A stretch of DNA of 64,000 nt from Pristiophorus japonicus (taxonomy: Eukaryota), in NCBI RefSeq assembly GCF_044704955.1, contig NC_091990.1:84196001-84260000 (forward strand), written 5' to 3'. The notes below the pieces were generated by a model. That model ran no database searches and was not told where the DNA came from. It was given only the letters and a program-made list of their open reading frames with translations. The position numbers were made by a program, and so were the translations under genes. Below, piece by piece: positions 50,001 through 64,000 of this stretch. How positions within the stretch are numbered: position 1 is the first letter of the stretch; each line of letters opens with the position of its first letter.

Positions 50001-53000
50001 CCAATCACCATTCCCGATCACTGCCCCCAATCACCATTCCCCGATCACTATCCCCAATCACCATTCCCCGATCACTGCCCCCCCAATCACCATTCCCCGA
50101 TCACTGCCGCCAATCACCATTCCCTGATCAGTGCCGCCAATCACCATTCCCCGATCACTGCCCCCAATCACCATTCCCCGATCACTGCCGCCAATCACCA
50201 TTCCCCGATCACTGCCCCCCGAATCACCATTCCCCGATCACTGACCCCAATCACCATTCCCCGATCACTGCCTCCAATCACCATTCCCTGATCAGTGCCC
50301 CCAATCACCATTCCCCGATCACCATTCCCCAATCACCATTCCCCGATCACTGCCGCCAATCACCATTCCCCGATCACTGCCCCCCCAATCACCATTCCCC
50401 GATCACTGACCCCAATCACCATTCCCCGATCACTGCCTCCAAACACCATTCCCTGATCACTGCCCCCCAATCACCATTCCCCGATCACTGCCCCCAATCG
50501 CCATTCCCCGATCACTGCCCCCAATCACCATTCCCCGATCACTGCCCCCCAATCACCATTTCCCGATCACTGCCCCCAATCACCATTCCCCGATCACCAT
50601 TCCCCAATCACCATTCCCCGATCACTGCCCCCAATCACCATTCCCCGATCACTGCCCCCCAGTCACCATTCCCCGATCACCATTCCCCAATCACCATTCC
50701 CCGATCAGTGCCCCCCAATCACCATTCCCCGATCACTGTCCCCCCAATCACCATTCCCCGATCACTGCCCCCAATCACCATTCCCCGATCACTGCCCCCA
50801 ATCACCATTCCCCGATCACTGCCGCCCAATCACCATACCCCGATCATTGCCCCCAATCACCATTCTCCGATCACTGCCCCCCAATCACCATTCCCCGATC
50901 ACTGCCCCCAATCACCATTCCCCGATCACTGCCCCCCAATCACCATTCCCCGATCACCATTCCCCAATTATTGCCCCCCCAATCACCATTCCCCGATCAC
51001 TGCCCCCAATCACCATTCCCCGATCACTGACCCCAATCACCATTCCCCGATCACTGCCCCCAATCACCATTCCCCAATCACCATTCCCCAATCACCATTC
51101 CCCGATCACTGCCCAAAATCACCATTCCCCGATCACTGCCCCCAATCACCATTCCCCAATCACCATTCCCCGATCACCATTCCCCAATCACCATTCCCCG
51201 ATCAGTGCCCCCAATCACCATTCCCCTATCACCATTCCCCAATCACCATTCCCCGATCACTGCCCCCAATCACCATTCCCCGATCACTGCCCCCAATCAC
51301 CATTCCCGATCACTGCCCCCAATCACCATTCCCCGATCACTATCCCCAATCACCATTCCCCGATCACTGCCCCCAATCACCATTCCCCGATCACTGCCCC
51401 CCAATCACCATTCCCCAATCACCATTCCCCGATCACTGACCCCCAATCACCATTTCCTGATCACTGCCCCCAATCACCATTCCCCGATCACTGCCCCCAA
51501 TCACCATTCCCCGATCTCTGTCCCCAATCACCATTCCCGATCACTGCCCCCAATCACCATTCCCCGATCACTATCCCCAATCACCATTCCCCGATCACTG
51601 CCCCCCCAATCACCATTCCCCGATCACTGCCCCCAATCACCATTCCCCAATCACTGCCCCCAATCACCATTCCCCGATCACTGCCCCCCAATCACCATTC
51701 CCCGATCACTGCCCCCAATCACCATTCCCCGATCACTGCCCCCAATCACCATTCCCCGATCACTGCCCCCCAATCACCATTCCCCGATCACTGCCCCCAA
51801 TCACCATTCCCCGATCACTGCCCCCAATCACCATTCCCCGATCACTGCCCCCAATCACCATTCCCCGATCACTGCCCCCCAATCACTGCCCCCCAATCAC
51901 CATTTCCTGATCACTGCCCCCAATCACCATTCCCCGATCACTGCACCCAATCACCATTCCCTGATCAGTGCCGCCAATCACCATTCCCCGATCACTGCCC
52001 CCAATCACCATTCCCCGATCACTGCCGCCAAACACCATTCCCCGATCACTGCCCCCCCAATCACCATTCCCCGATCACTGACCCCAATCACCATTCCCCG
52101 ATCACTGCCTCCAATCACCATTCCCTGATCAGTGCCCCCAATCACCATTCCCCGATCACCATTCCCCAATCACCATTCCCCGATCACTGCCGCCAATCAC
52201 CATTCCCCGATCACTGCCCCCCCAATCACCATTCCCCGATCACTGACCCCAATCACCATTCCCCGATCACTGCCTCCAAACACCATTCCCTGATCACTGC
52301 CCCCCAATCACCATTCCCCGATCACCATTCCCCAATCACCATTCCCCGATCACTGCCCCCAATCACCATTCCCCGATCACTGCCCCCCAGTCACCATTCC
52401 CCGATCACCATTCCCCAATCACCATTCCCCGATCAGTGCCCCCCAATCACCATTCCCCGATCACTGCCCCCAATCACCATTCCCCGATCACTGCCCCCAA
52501 TCACCATTCCCCGATCACTGCCGCCCAATCACCATACCCCGATCATTGCCCCCAAACACCATTCTCCGATCACTGCCCCCCAATCACCATTCCCCGATCA
52601 CTGCCCCCAATCACCATTCCCCGATCACTGCCCCCCAATCACCATTCCCCGATCACCATTCCCCAATTATTGCCCCCCTAATCACCATTCCCCGATCACT
52701 GCCCCCAATCACCATTCCCCGATCACTGACCCCAATCACCATTCCCCGATCACTGCCCCCAATCACCATTCCCCAATCACCATTCCCCGATCACCATTCC
52801 CCAATCACCATTCCCCGATCACTGCCCAAAATCACCATTCCCCGATCACTGCCCCCAATCACCATTCCCCAATCACCATTCCCCGATCACCATTCCCCAA
52901 TCACCATTCCCCGATCAGTGCCCCCAATCACCATTCCCCTATCACCATTCCCCAATCACCATTCCCCGATCACTGCCCCCAATCACCATTCCCCGATCAC

Positions 53001-56000
53001 TGCCCCCAATCACCATTCCCGATCACTGCCCCCAATCACCATTCCCCGATCACTATCCCCAATCACCATTCCCCGATCACTATCCCCAATCACCATACAC
53101 CGATCACTGCCCGCCCAATCACCATTCCCCGATCACTGCCCCCCAATCACCATTCCCCGATCACTGCCCCCAATCACCATTCCCCGATCACTGTCCCCAA
53201 TCACCATTCCCGATCACTGCCCCCAATCACCATTCCCCGATCACTATCCCCAATCACCATTTCCCGATCACTGCCCCCCCAATCACCATTCCCCGATCAC
53301 TGCCGCCAATCACCATTCCCTGATCAGTGCCCCCAATCACCATTCCCCGATCTCTGTCCCCAATCACCATTCCCGATCACTGCCCCCAATCACCATTCCC
53401 CGATCACTATCCCCAATCACCATTCCCCGATCACTGCCCCCCCAATCACCATTCCCCGATCACTGCCGCCAATCACCATTCCCTGATCAGTGCCGCCAAT
53501 CACCATTCCCCGATCACTGCCCCCAATCACCATTCCCCGATCACTGCCGCCAATCACCATTCCCCGATTACTGCCCCCCCAATCACCATTCCCCGATCAC
53601 TGACCCCAATCACCATTCCCCGATCACTGCCTCCAATCACCATTCCCTGATCAGTGCCCCCAATCACCATTCCCCGATCACCATTCCCCAATCACCATTC
53701 CCCGATCACTGCCGCCAATCACCATTCCCCGATCACTGCCCCCCCAATCACCATTCCCCGATCACTGACCCCAATCACCATTCCCCGATCACTGCCTCCA
53801 AACACCATTCCCTGATCACTGCCCCCCAATCACCATTCCCCGATCACTGCCCCCAATCGCCATTCCCCGATCACTGCCCCCAATCACCATTCCCCGATCA
53901 CTGCCCCCCAATCACCATTTCCCGATCACTGCCCCCAATCACCATTCCCCGATCACCATTCCCCAATCACCATTCCCCGATCACTGCCCCCAATCACCAT
54001 TCCCCGATCACTGCCCCCCAGTCACCATTCCCCGATCACCATTCCCCAATCACCATTCCCCGATCAGTGCCCCCCAATCACCATTCCCCGATCACTGTCC
54101 CCCCAATCACCATTCCCCGATCACTGCCCCCAATCACCATTCCCCGATCACTGCCCCCAATCACCATTCCCCGATCACTGCCGCCCAATCACCATACCCC
54201 GATCATTGCCCCCAATCACCATTCTCCGATCACTGCCCCCCAATCACCATTCCCCGATCACTGCCCCCAATCACCATTTCCCGATCACTGCCCCCCAATC
54301 ACCATTCCCCGATCACCATTCCCCAATTATTGCCCCCCCAATCACCATTCCCCGATCACTGCCCCCAATCACCATTCCCCGATCACTGACCCCAAACACC
54401 ATTCCCCGATCACTGCCCCCAATCACCATTCCCCGATCACCATTCCCCAATCACCATTCCCCGATCACTGCCCAAAATCACCATTCCCCGATCACTGCCC
54501 CCAATCACCATTTCCCGATCACTGCCCCCAATCACCATTCCCCGATCACTGCCCCCCAATCACCATTCCCCGATCACTGCCCCCAATCACCATTTCCCGA
54601 TCACTGCCCCCAATCACCATTCCCCGATCACTGCCCCCCAATCACCATTTCCCGATCACTGCCCCCAATCACCATTCCCCGATCACTGCCCCCAATCACC
54701 ATTCCCCGATCACTGCCCCCCAATCACCATTCCCCGATCACTGCCCCCAATCACCATTCCCCAATCACTGCCCCCAATCACCATTCCCCGATCACTGCCC
54801 CCCAATCACCATTCCCCGATCACTGCCCCCAATCACCATTCCCCGATCACTGCCCCCAATCACCATTCCCCGATCACTGACCCCAATCACCATTCCCCGA
54901 TCACTGCCGCCCAATCACCATACCCCGATCATTGCCCCCAATCACCATTCTCCGATCACTGCCCCCCAATCACCATTCCCCGATCACTGCCCCCAATCAC
55001 CATTTCCCGATCACTGCCCCCCAATCACCATTCCCCGATCACCATTCCCCAATTATTGCCCCCCCAATCACCATTCCCCGATCACTGCCCCCAATCACCA
55101 TTCCCCGATCACTGACCCCAAACACCATTCCCCGATCACTGCCCCCAATCACCATTCCCCGATCACCATTCCCCAATCACCATTCCCCGATCACTGCCCA
55201 AAATCACCATTCCCCGATCACTGCCCCCAATCACCATTTCCCGATCACTGCCCCCAATCACCATTCCCCGATCACTGCCCCCCAATCACCATTCCCCGAT
55301 CACTGCCCCCAATCACCATTTCCCGATCACTGCCCCCAATCACCATTCCCCGATCACTGCCCCCCAATCACCATTTCCCGATCACTGCCCCCAATCACCA
55401 TTCCCCGATCACTGCCCCCAATCACCATTCCCCGATCACTGCCCCCCAATCACCATTCCCCGATCACTGCCCCCAATCACCATTCCCCAATCACTGCCCC
55501 CAATCACCATTCCCCGATCACTGCACCCCAATCACCATTCCCCGATCACTGCCCCCAATCACCATTCCCCGATCACTGCCCCCAATCACCATTCCCCGAT
55601 CACTGACCCCAATCACCATTCCCCGATCACTGCCCCCCCAATCACCATTCCCCGATCACTGCCCCCAATCACCATTCCCCGATCACTGCCGCCAATCACC
55701 ATTCCCTGATCAGTGCCCCCAATCACCATTCCCCGATCACTGCCGCCAATCACCATTCCCCGATCACTGCCCCCCCAATCACCATTCCCCGATCACTGAC
55801 CCCAATCACCATTCCCCGATCACTGGCTCCAATCACCATTCCCTGATCACTGCCCCCCAATCACCATTCCCCGATCACTGCCCCCAATCGCCATTCCCCG
55901 ATCACTGCCCCCAATCACCATTCCCCGATCACTGCCGCCCAATCACCATACCCCGATCATTGCCCCCAATCACCATTCTCCGATCACTGCCCCCCAATCA

Positions 56001-59000
56001 CCATTCCCCGATCACTGCCCCCAATCACCATTCCCCGATCACTGCCCCCCAATCACCATTCCCCGATCACCATTCCCCAATTATTGCCCCCCCAATCACC
56101 ATTCCCCGATCACTGCCCCCAATCACCATTCCCCGATCACTGACCCCAATCACCATTCTCCGATCACTGCCCCCAATCACCATTCCCCAATCACCATTCC
56201 CCAATTACCATTCCCCAATCACTGCCCAAAATCACCATTCCCCGATCACTGCCCCCAATCACCATTCCCCAATCACCATTCCCCGATCACCATTCCCCAA
56301 TCACCATTCCCCGATCAGTGCCCCCAATCACCATTCCCCTATCACCATTCCCCAATCACCATTCCCCGATCACTGCCCCCAATCACCATTCCCCGATCAC
56401 TGCCCCCAATCATCATTCCCGATCACTGCCCCAATCACCATTCCCCGATCACTATCCCCAATCACCATTCCCCGATCACTGCCCCCAATCACCATTCCCC
56501 GATCACTGCCCCCCAATCACCATTCCCCAATCACCATTCCCCGATCACTGACCCCCAATCACCATTTCCTGATCACTGCCCCCAATCACCATTCCCCGAA
56601 CACTGCCCCCAATCACCATTCCCCGATCTCTGTCCCCAATCACCATTCCCGATCACTGCCCCCAATCACCATTCCCCGATCACTATCCCCAATCACCATT
56701 CCCCGATCACTGCCCCCCCAATCACCATTCCCCGATCACTGCCCCCAATCACCATTCCCCAATCACTGCCCCCAATCACCATTCCCCGATCACTGCCCCC
56801 CAATCACCATTCCCCGATCACTGCCCCCAATCACCATTCCCCGATCACTGCCCCCAATCACCATTCCCCGATCACTGCCCCCCAATCACCATTCCCCGAT
56901 CACTGCCCCCAATCACCATTCCCCGATCACTGCCCCCAATCACCATTCCCCGATCACTGCCCCCCAATCACTGCCCCCCAATCACCATTTCCTGATCACT
57001 GCCCCCAATCACCATTCCCCGATCACTGCACCCAATCACCATTCCCCGATCTCTGTCCCCAATCACCATTCCCGATCACTGCCCCCAATCACCATTCCCC
57101 GATCACTATCCCCAATCACCATTCCCCGATCACTGCCCCCCCAATCACCATTCCCCGATCACTGCCGCCAATCACCATTCCCTGATCAGTGCCGCCAATC
57201 ACCATTCCCCGATCACTGCCCCCAATCACCATTCCCCGATCACTGCCCCCAAACACGATTCCCCGATCACTGCCCCCCCAATCACCATTCCCCGATCACT
57301 GACCCCAATCACCATTCCCCGATCACTGCCTCCAATCACCATTCCCTGATCAGTGCCCCCAATCACCATTCCCCGATCACCATTCCCCAATCACCATTCC
57401 CCGATCACTGCCGCCAATCACCATTCCCCGATCACTGCCCCCCCAATCACCATTCCCCGATCACTGACCCCAATCACCATTCCCCGATCACTGCCTCCAA
57501 ACACCATTCCCTGATCACTGCCCCCCAATCACCATTCCCCGATCACCATTCCCCAATCACCATTCCCCGATCACTGCCCCCAATCACCATTCCCCGATCA
57601 CTGCCTCCCAGTCACCATTCCCCGATCACCATTCCCCAATCACCATTCCCCGATCAGTGCCCCCCAATCACCATTCCCCGATCACTGCCCCCAATCACCA
57701 TTCCCCGATCACTGCCCCCAATCACCATTCCCCGATCACTGCCGCCCAATCACCATACCCCGATCATTGCCCCCAATCACCATTCTCCGATCACTGCCCC
57801 CCAATTACCATTCCCCGATCACTGCCCCCAATCACCATTCCCCGATCACTGCCCCCCAATCACCATTCCCCGATCACCATTCCCCAATTATTGCCCCCCT
57901 AATCACCATTCCCCGATCACTGCCCCCAATCACCATTCCCCGATCACTGCCCCCCAATCACCATTCCCCGATCACTGCCCCCAATCACCATTCCCCGATC
58001 ACTGCCCCCAATCACCATTCCCCGATCACTGCACCCCAATCACCATTCCCCGATCACTGCCCCCAATCACCATTCCCCGATCACTGCCCCCAATCACCAT
58101 TCCCCGATCACTGCCCCCAATCACCATTCCCCGATCACTGCCCCCCAATCACTGCCCCCCAATCACCATTTCCTGATCACTGCCCCCAATCACCATTCCC
58201 CGATCACTGCACCCAATCACCATTCCCCGATCTCTGTCCCCAATCACCATTCCCGATCACTGCCCCCAATCACCATTCCCCGATCACTATCCCCAATCAC
58301 CATTCCCCGATCACTGCCCCCAATCACCATTCCCCAATCACTGCCCCCAATCACCATTCCCCGATCACTGCCCCCCAATCACCATTCCCCGATCACTGCC
58401 CCCAATCACCATTCCCCGATCACTGCCCCCAATCACCATTCCCCGATCACTGCCCCCCAATCACCATTCCCCGATCACTGCCCCCAATCACCATTCCCCG
58501 ATCACTGCCCCCCAATCACTGCCCCCCAATCACCATTTCCTGATCACTGCCCCCAATCACCATTCCCCGATCACTGCACCCAATCACCATTCCCCGATCT
58601 CTGTCCCCAATCACCATTCCCGATCACTGCCCCCAATCACCATTCCCCGATCACTATCCCCAATCACCATTCCCCGATCACTGCCCCCCCAATCACCATT
58701 CCCCGATCACTGCCGCCAATCACCATTCCCTGATCAGTGCCGCCAATCACCATTCCCCGATCACTGCCCCCAATCACCATTCCCCGATCACTGCCCCCAA
58801 ACACGATTCCCCGATCACTGCCCCCCCAATCACCATTCCCCGATCACTGACCCCAATCACCATTCCCCGATCACTGCCTCCAATCACCATTCCCTGATCA
58901 GTGCCCCCAATCACCATTCCCCGATCACCATTCCCCAATCACCATTCCCCGATCACTGCCGCCAATCACCATTCCCCGATCACTGCCCCCCCAATCACCA

Positions 59001-62000
59001 TTCCCCGATCACTGACCCCAATCACCATTCCCCGATCACTGCCTCCAAACACCATTCCCTGATCACTGCCCCCCAATCACCATTCCCCGATCACCATTCC
59101 CCAATCACCATTCCCCGATCACTGCCCCCAATCACCATTCCCCGATCACTGCCTCCCAGTCACCATTCCCCGATCACCATTCCCCAATCACCATTCCCCG
59201 ATCAGTGCCCCCCAATCACCATTCCCCGATCACTGCCCCCAATCACCATTCCCCGATCACTGCCCCCAATCACCATTCCCCGATCACTGCCGCCCAATCA
59301 CCATACCCCGATCATTGCCCCCAATCACCATTCTCCGATCACTGCCCCCCAATTACCATTCCCCGATCACTGCCCCCAATCACCATTCCCCGATCACTGC
59401 CCCCCAATCACCATTCCCCGATCACCATTCCCCAATTATTGCCCCCCTAATCACCATTCCCCGATCACTGCCCCCAATCACCATTCCCCGATCACTGCCC
59501 CCCAATCACCATTCCCCGATCACTGCCCCCAATCACCATTCCCCGATCACTGCCCCCAATCACCATTCCCCGATCACTGCCCCCAATCACCATTCCCCGA
59601 TCACTGCCCCCAATCACCATTCCCCGATCACTGCCCCCAATCACCATTCCCCGATCACTGCCCCCCAATCACTGCCCCCCAATCACCATTTCCTGATCAC
59701 TGCCCCCAATCACCATTCCCCGATCACTGCACCCAATCACCATTCCCCGATCTCTGTCCCCAATCACCATTCCCGATCACTGCCCCCAATCACCATTCCC
59801 CGATCACTATCCCCAATCACCATTCCCCGATCACTGCCCCCCCAATCACCATTCCCCGATCACTGCCGCCAATCACCATTCCCTGATCAGTGCCGCCAAT
59901 CACCATTCCCCGATCACTGCCCCCAATCACCATTCCCCGATCACTGCCGCCAAACACCATTCCCCGATCACTGCCCCCCCAATCACCATTCCCCGATCAC
60001 TGACCCCAATCACCATTCCCCGATCACTGCCTCCAATCACCATTCCCTGATCAGTGCCCCCAATCACCATTCCCCGATCACCATTCCCCAATCACCATTC
60101 CCCGATCACTGCCGCCAATCACCATTCCCCGATCACTGCCCCCCAATCACCATTCCCCGATCACCATTCCCCAATCACCATTCCCCGATCACTGCCCCCA
60201 ATCACCATTCCCCGATCACTGCCCCCCAGTCACCATTCCCCGATCACCATTCCCCAATCACCATTCCCCGATCAGTGCCCCCCAATCACCATTCCCCGAT
60301 CACTGCCCCCAATCACCATTCCCCGATCACTGCCCCCAATCACCATTCCCCGATCACTGCCGCCCAATCACCATACCCCGATCATTGCCCCCAATCACCA
60401 TTCTCCGATCACTGCCCCCCAATCACCATTCCCCGATCACTGCCCCCAATCACCATTCCCCGATCACTGCCCCCCAATCACCATTCCCCGATCACCATTC
60501 CCCAATTATTGCCCCCCTAATCACCATTCCCCGATCACTGCCCCCAATCACCATTCCCCGATCACTGACCCCAATCACCATTCCCCGATCACTGCCCCCA
60601 ATCACCATTCCCCAATCACCATTCCCCGATCACCATTCCCCAATCACCATTCCCCGATCACTGCCCAAAATCACCATTCCCCGATCACTGCCCCCAATCA
60701 CCATTCCCCAATCACCATTCCCCGATCACCATTCCCCAATCACCATTCCCCGATCAGTGCCCCCAATCACCATTCCCCTATCACCATTCCCCAATCACCA
60801 TTCCCCGATCACTGCCCCCAATCACCATTCCCCGATCACTGCCCCCAATCACCATTCCCGATCACTGCCCCCAATCACCATTCCCCGATCACTATCCCCA
60901 ATCACCATTCCCCGATCACTATCCCCAATCACCATTCCCCGATCACTGCCCAAAATCACCATTCCCCGATCACTGCCCCCAATCACCATTCCCCAATCAC
61001 CATTCCCCGATCACCATTCCCCAATCACCATTCCCCGATCAGTGCCCCCAATCACCATTCCCCTATCACCATTCCCCAATCACCATTCCCCGATCACTGC
61101 CCCCAATCACCATTCCCCGATCACTGCCCCCAATCACCATTCCCGATCACTGCCCCCAATCACCATTCCCCGATCACTATCCCCAATCACCATTCCCCGA
61201 TCACTATCCCCAATCACCATACACCGATCACTGCCCCCCCAATCACCATTCCCCGATCACTGCCCCCCAATCACCATTCCCCGATCACTGCCCCCAATCA
61301 CCATTCCCCGATCACTGTCCCCAATCACCATTCCCGATCACTGCCCCCAATCACCATTCCCCGATCACTATCCCCAATCACCATTCCCCGATCACTGCCC
61401 CCCCAATCACCATTCCCCGATCACTGCCGCCAATCACCATTCCCTGATCAGTGCCCCCAATCACCATTCCCCGATCTCTGTCCCCAATCACCATTCCCGA
61501 TCACTGCCCCCAATCACCATTCCCCGATCACTATCCCCAATCACCATTCCCCGATCACTGCCCCCCCAATCACCATTCCCCGATCACTGCCGCCAATCAC
61601 CATTCCCTGATCAGTGCCGCCAATCACCATTCCCCGATCACTGCCCCCAATCACCATTCCCCGATCACTGCCGCCAATCACCATTCCCCGATTACTGCCC
61701 CCCCAATCACCATTCCCCGATCACTGACCCCAATCACCATTCCCCGATCACTGCCTCCAATCACCATTCCCTGATCAGTGCCCCCAATCACCATTCCCCG
61801 ATCACCATTCCCCAATCACCATTCCCCGATCACTGCCGCCAATCACCATTCCCCGATCACTGCCCCCCCAATCACCATTCCCCGATCACTGACCCCAATC
61901 ACCATTCCCCGATCACTGCCTCCAAACACCATTCCCTGATCACTGCCCCCCAATCACCATTCCCCGATCACTGCCCCCAATCGCCATTCCCCGATCACTG

Positions 62001-64000
62001 CCCCCAATCACCATTCCCCGATCACTGCCCCCCAATCACCATTTCCCGATCACTGCCCCCAATCACCATTCCCCGATCACCATTCCCCAATCACCATTCC
62101 CCGATCACTGCCCCCAATCACCATTCCCCGATCACTGCCCCCCAGTCACCATTCCCCGATCATCATTCCCCAATCACCATTCCCCGATCAGTGCCCCCCA
62201 ATCACCATTCCCCGATCACTGTCCCCCCAATCACCATTCCCCGATCACTGCCCCCAATCACCATTCCCCGATCACTGCCCCCAATCACCATTCCCCGATC
62301 ACTGCCGCCCAATCACCATACCCCGATCATTGCCCCCAATCACCATTCTCCGATCACTGCCCCCCAATCACCATTCCCCGATCACTGCCCCCAATCACCA
62401 TTCCCCGATCACTGCCCCCCAATCACCATTCCCCGATCACCATTCCCCAATTATTGCCCCCCCAATCACCATTCCCCGATCACTGCCCCCAATCACCATT
62501 CCCCGATCACTGACCCCAATCACCATTCCCCGATCACTGCCCCCAATCACCATTCCCCGATCACCATTCCCCAATCACCATTCCCCGATCACTGCCCAAA
62601 ATCACCATTCCCCGATCACTGCCCCCAATCACCATTCCCCGATCACCATTCCCTGATCAGTGCCCCCAATCACCATTGCCCTATCACCATTCCCCAATCA
62701 CCATTCCCCGATCACTGCCCCCAATCACCATTCCCCGATCACTGCCCCCAATCACCATTCCCCGATCACTATCCCCAATCACCATTCCCCGATCACTATC
62801 CCCAATCACCATACACCGATCACTGCCCCCCCAATCACCATTCCCCGATCACTGCCCCCCAATCACCATTCCCCGATCACTGCCCCCAATCACCATTCCC
62901 CGATCACTGTCCCCAATCACCATTCCCGATCACTGCCCCCAATCACCATTCCCCGATCACTATCCCCAATCACCATTCCCCGATCACTGCCCCCCCAATC
63001 ACCATTCCCCGATCACTGCCGCCAATCACCATTCCCTGATCAGTGCCCCCAATCACCATTCCCCGATCACTGCCGCCAATCACCATTCCCCGATCACTGC
63101 CCCCCCAATCACCATTCCCCGATCACTGCCCCCAATCACCATTCCCCGATCACTGCCCCCCCAATCACCATTCCCCGATCACTGCCCCCAATCACCATTC
63201 CCCGATCACTGCCCCAATCACCATTCCCCGATCACTGCCCCCCCAATCACCATTCCCCGATCACTGCCCCCAATCACCATTCCCCGATCACTGCCGCCAA
63301 TCACCATTCCCCGATCACTGCCCCCCCAATCACCATTCCCCGATCACTGCCTCCAATCACCATTCCCCGATCACTGCCCCCAATCACCATTTCCCGATCA
63401 CTGCCCCCAATCACCATTCCCCGATCACTGCCCCCCAATCACCATTCCCCGATCACTGCCCCCAATCACCATTTCCCGATCACTGCCCCCAATCACCATT
63501 CCCCGATCACTGCCCCCCAATCACCATTTCCCGATCACTGCCCCCAATCACCATTCCCCGATCACTGCCCCCAATCACCATTCCCCGATCACTGCCCCCC
63601 AATCACCATTCCCCGATCACTGCCCCCAATCACCATTCCCCAATCACCATTCCCCGATCACTGCCCCCCAATCACCATTCCCCAATCACTGCCCCCAATC
63701 ACCATTCCCCGATCACTGCCCCCAATCACCATTCCCCGATAACTGCCCCCAATCACCATTCGCCGATCACTGCCCCCCAATCACCATTCCCCGATCACTG
63801 CCCCCAATCACCATTCCCCGATCACTGCCCCCAATCACCATTCCCCGATCACTGACCCCAATCACCATTCCCCGATCACTGCCCCCCAATCACCATTCCC
63901 CGATCACTGCCCCCAATCACCATTCCCCGATCACTGCCGCCAATCACCATTCCCTGATCAGTGCCCCCAATCACCATTCCCCGATCACTGACCCCAATCA
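44017..64000. repeat. 27-bp C-rich satellite array, ~20 kb (~740 unit-lengths), running off the window end
   Basis: Consensus ATCACCATTCCCCG+ATCACTGCCCCCA (14+13-bp related halves); C-run length variants and solo 14-mers; marker variants recur at kb-scale periods. Confidence 0.98.

Noticed and set aside
44241-63855. Very long Pro/His/Ser-rich ORFs (up to 1876 aa) as mucin- or extensin-like genes
   Set aside because: The 27-bp unit has no stop in any + frame; C-run indels swap frames constantly; most starts are non-ATG

Overview
Eukaryotic, repeat-dominated window with no recognisable host gene. The repeat content suggests a cartilaginous-fish (shark) genome; this is inferred from CR1 copies with (TTCTATGT/TTCTTATG)n tails alongside L2 and RTE LINEs and tRNA-derived SINEs. 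Bases 1-41.3 kb are a nested mosaic of CR1 LINEs (one near-intact copy at 26.0-29.3 kb), L2 and RTE fragments, a decayed Gypsy LTR element with both LTRs, PBS, PPT and TSD, a Harbinger transposase pseudogene plus a MITE, three internally deleted RTE-derived short elements, and several minisatellites. At 41.3-43.3 kb lies a decayed Penelope-like retroelement (RT + GIY-YIG). It is followed by head-to-head telomere-like motifs and an A-rich tail that runs directly into a 27-bp C-rich satellite filling the last 20 kb. That satellite has nested higher-order periods (726, 1548, 3359 bp). The very long ORFs in the arrays are best explained as artefacts of stop-free repeat units. Identities and boundaries were judged by eye.
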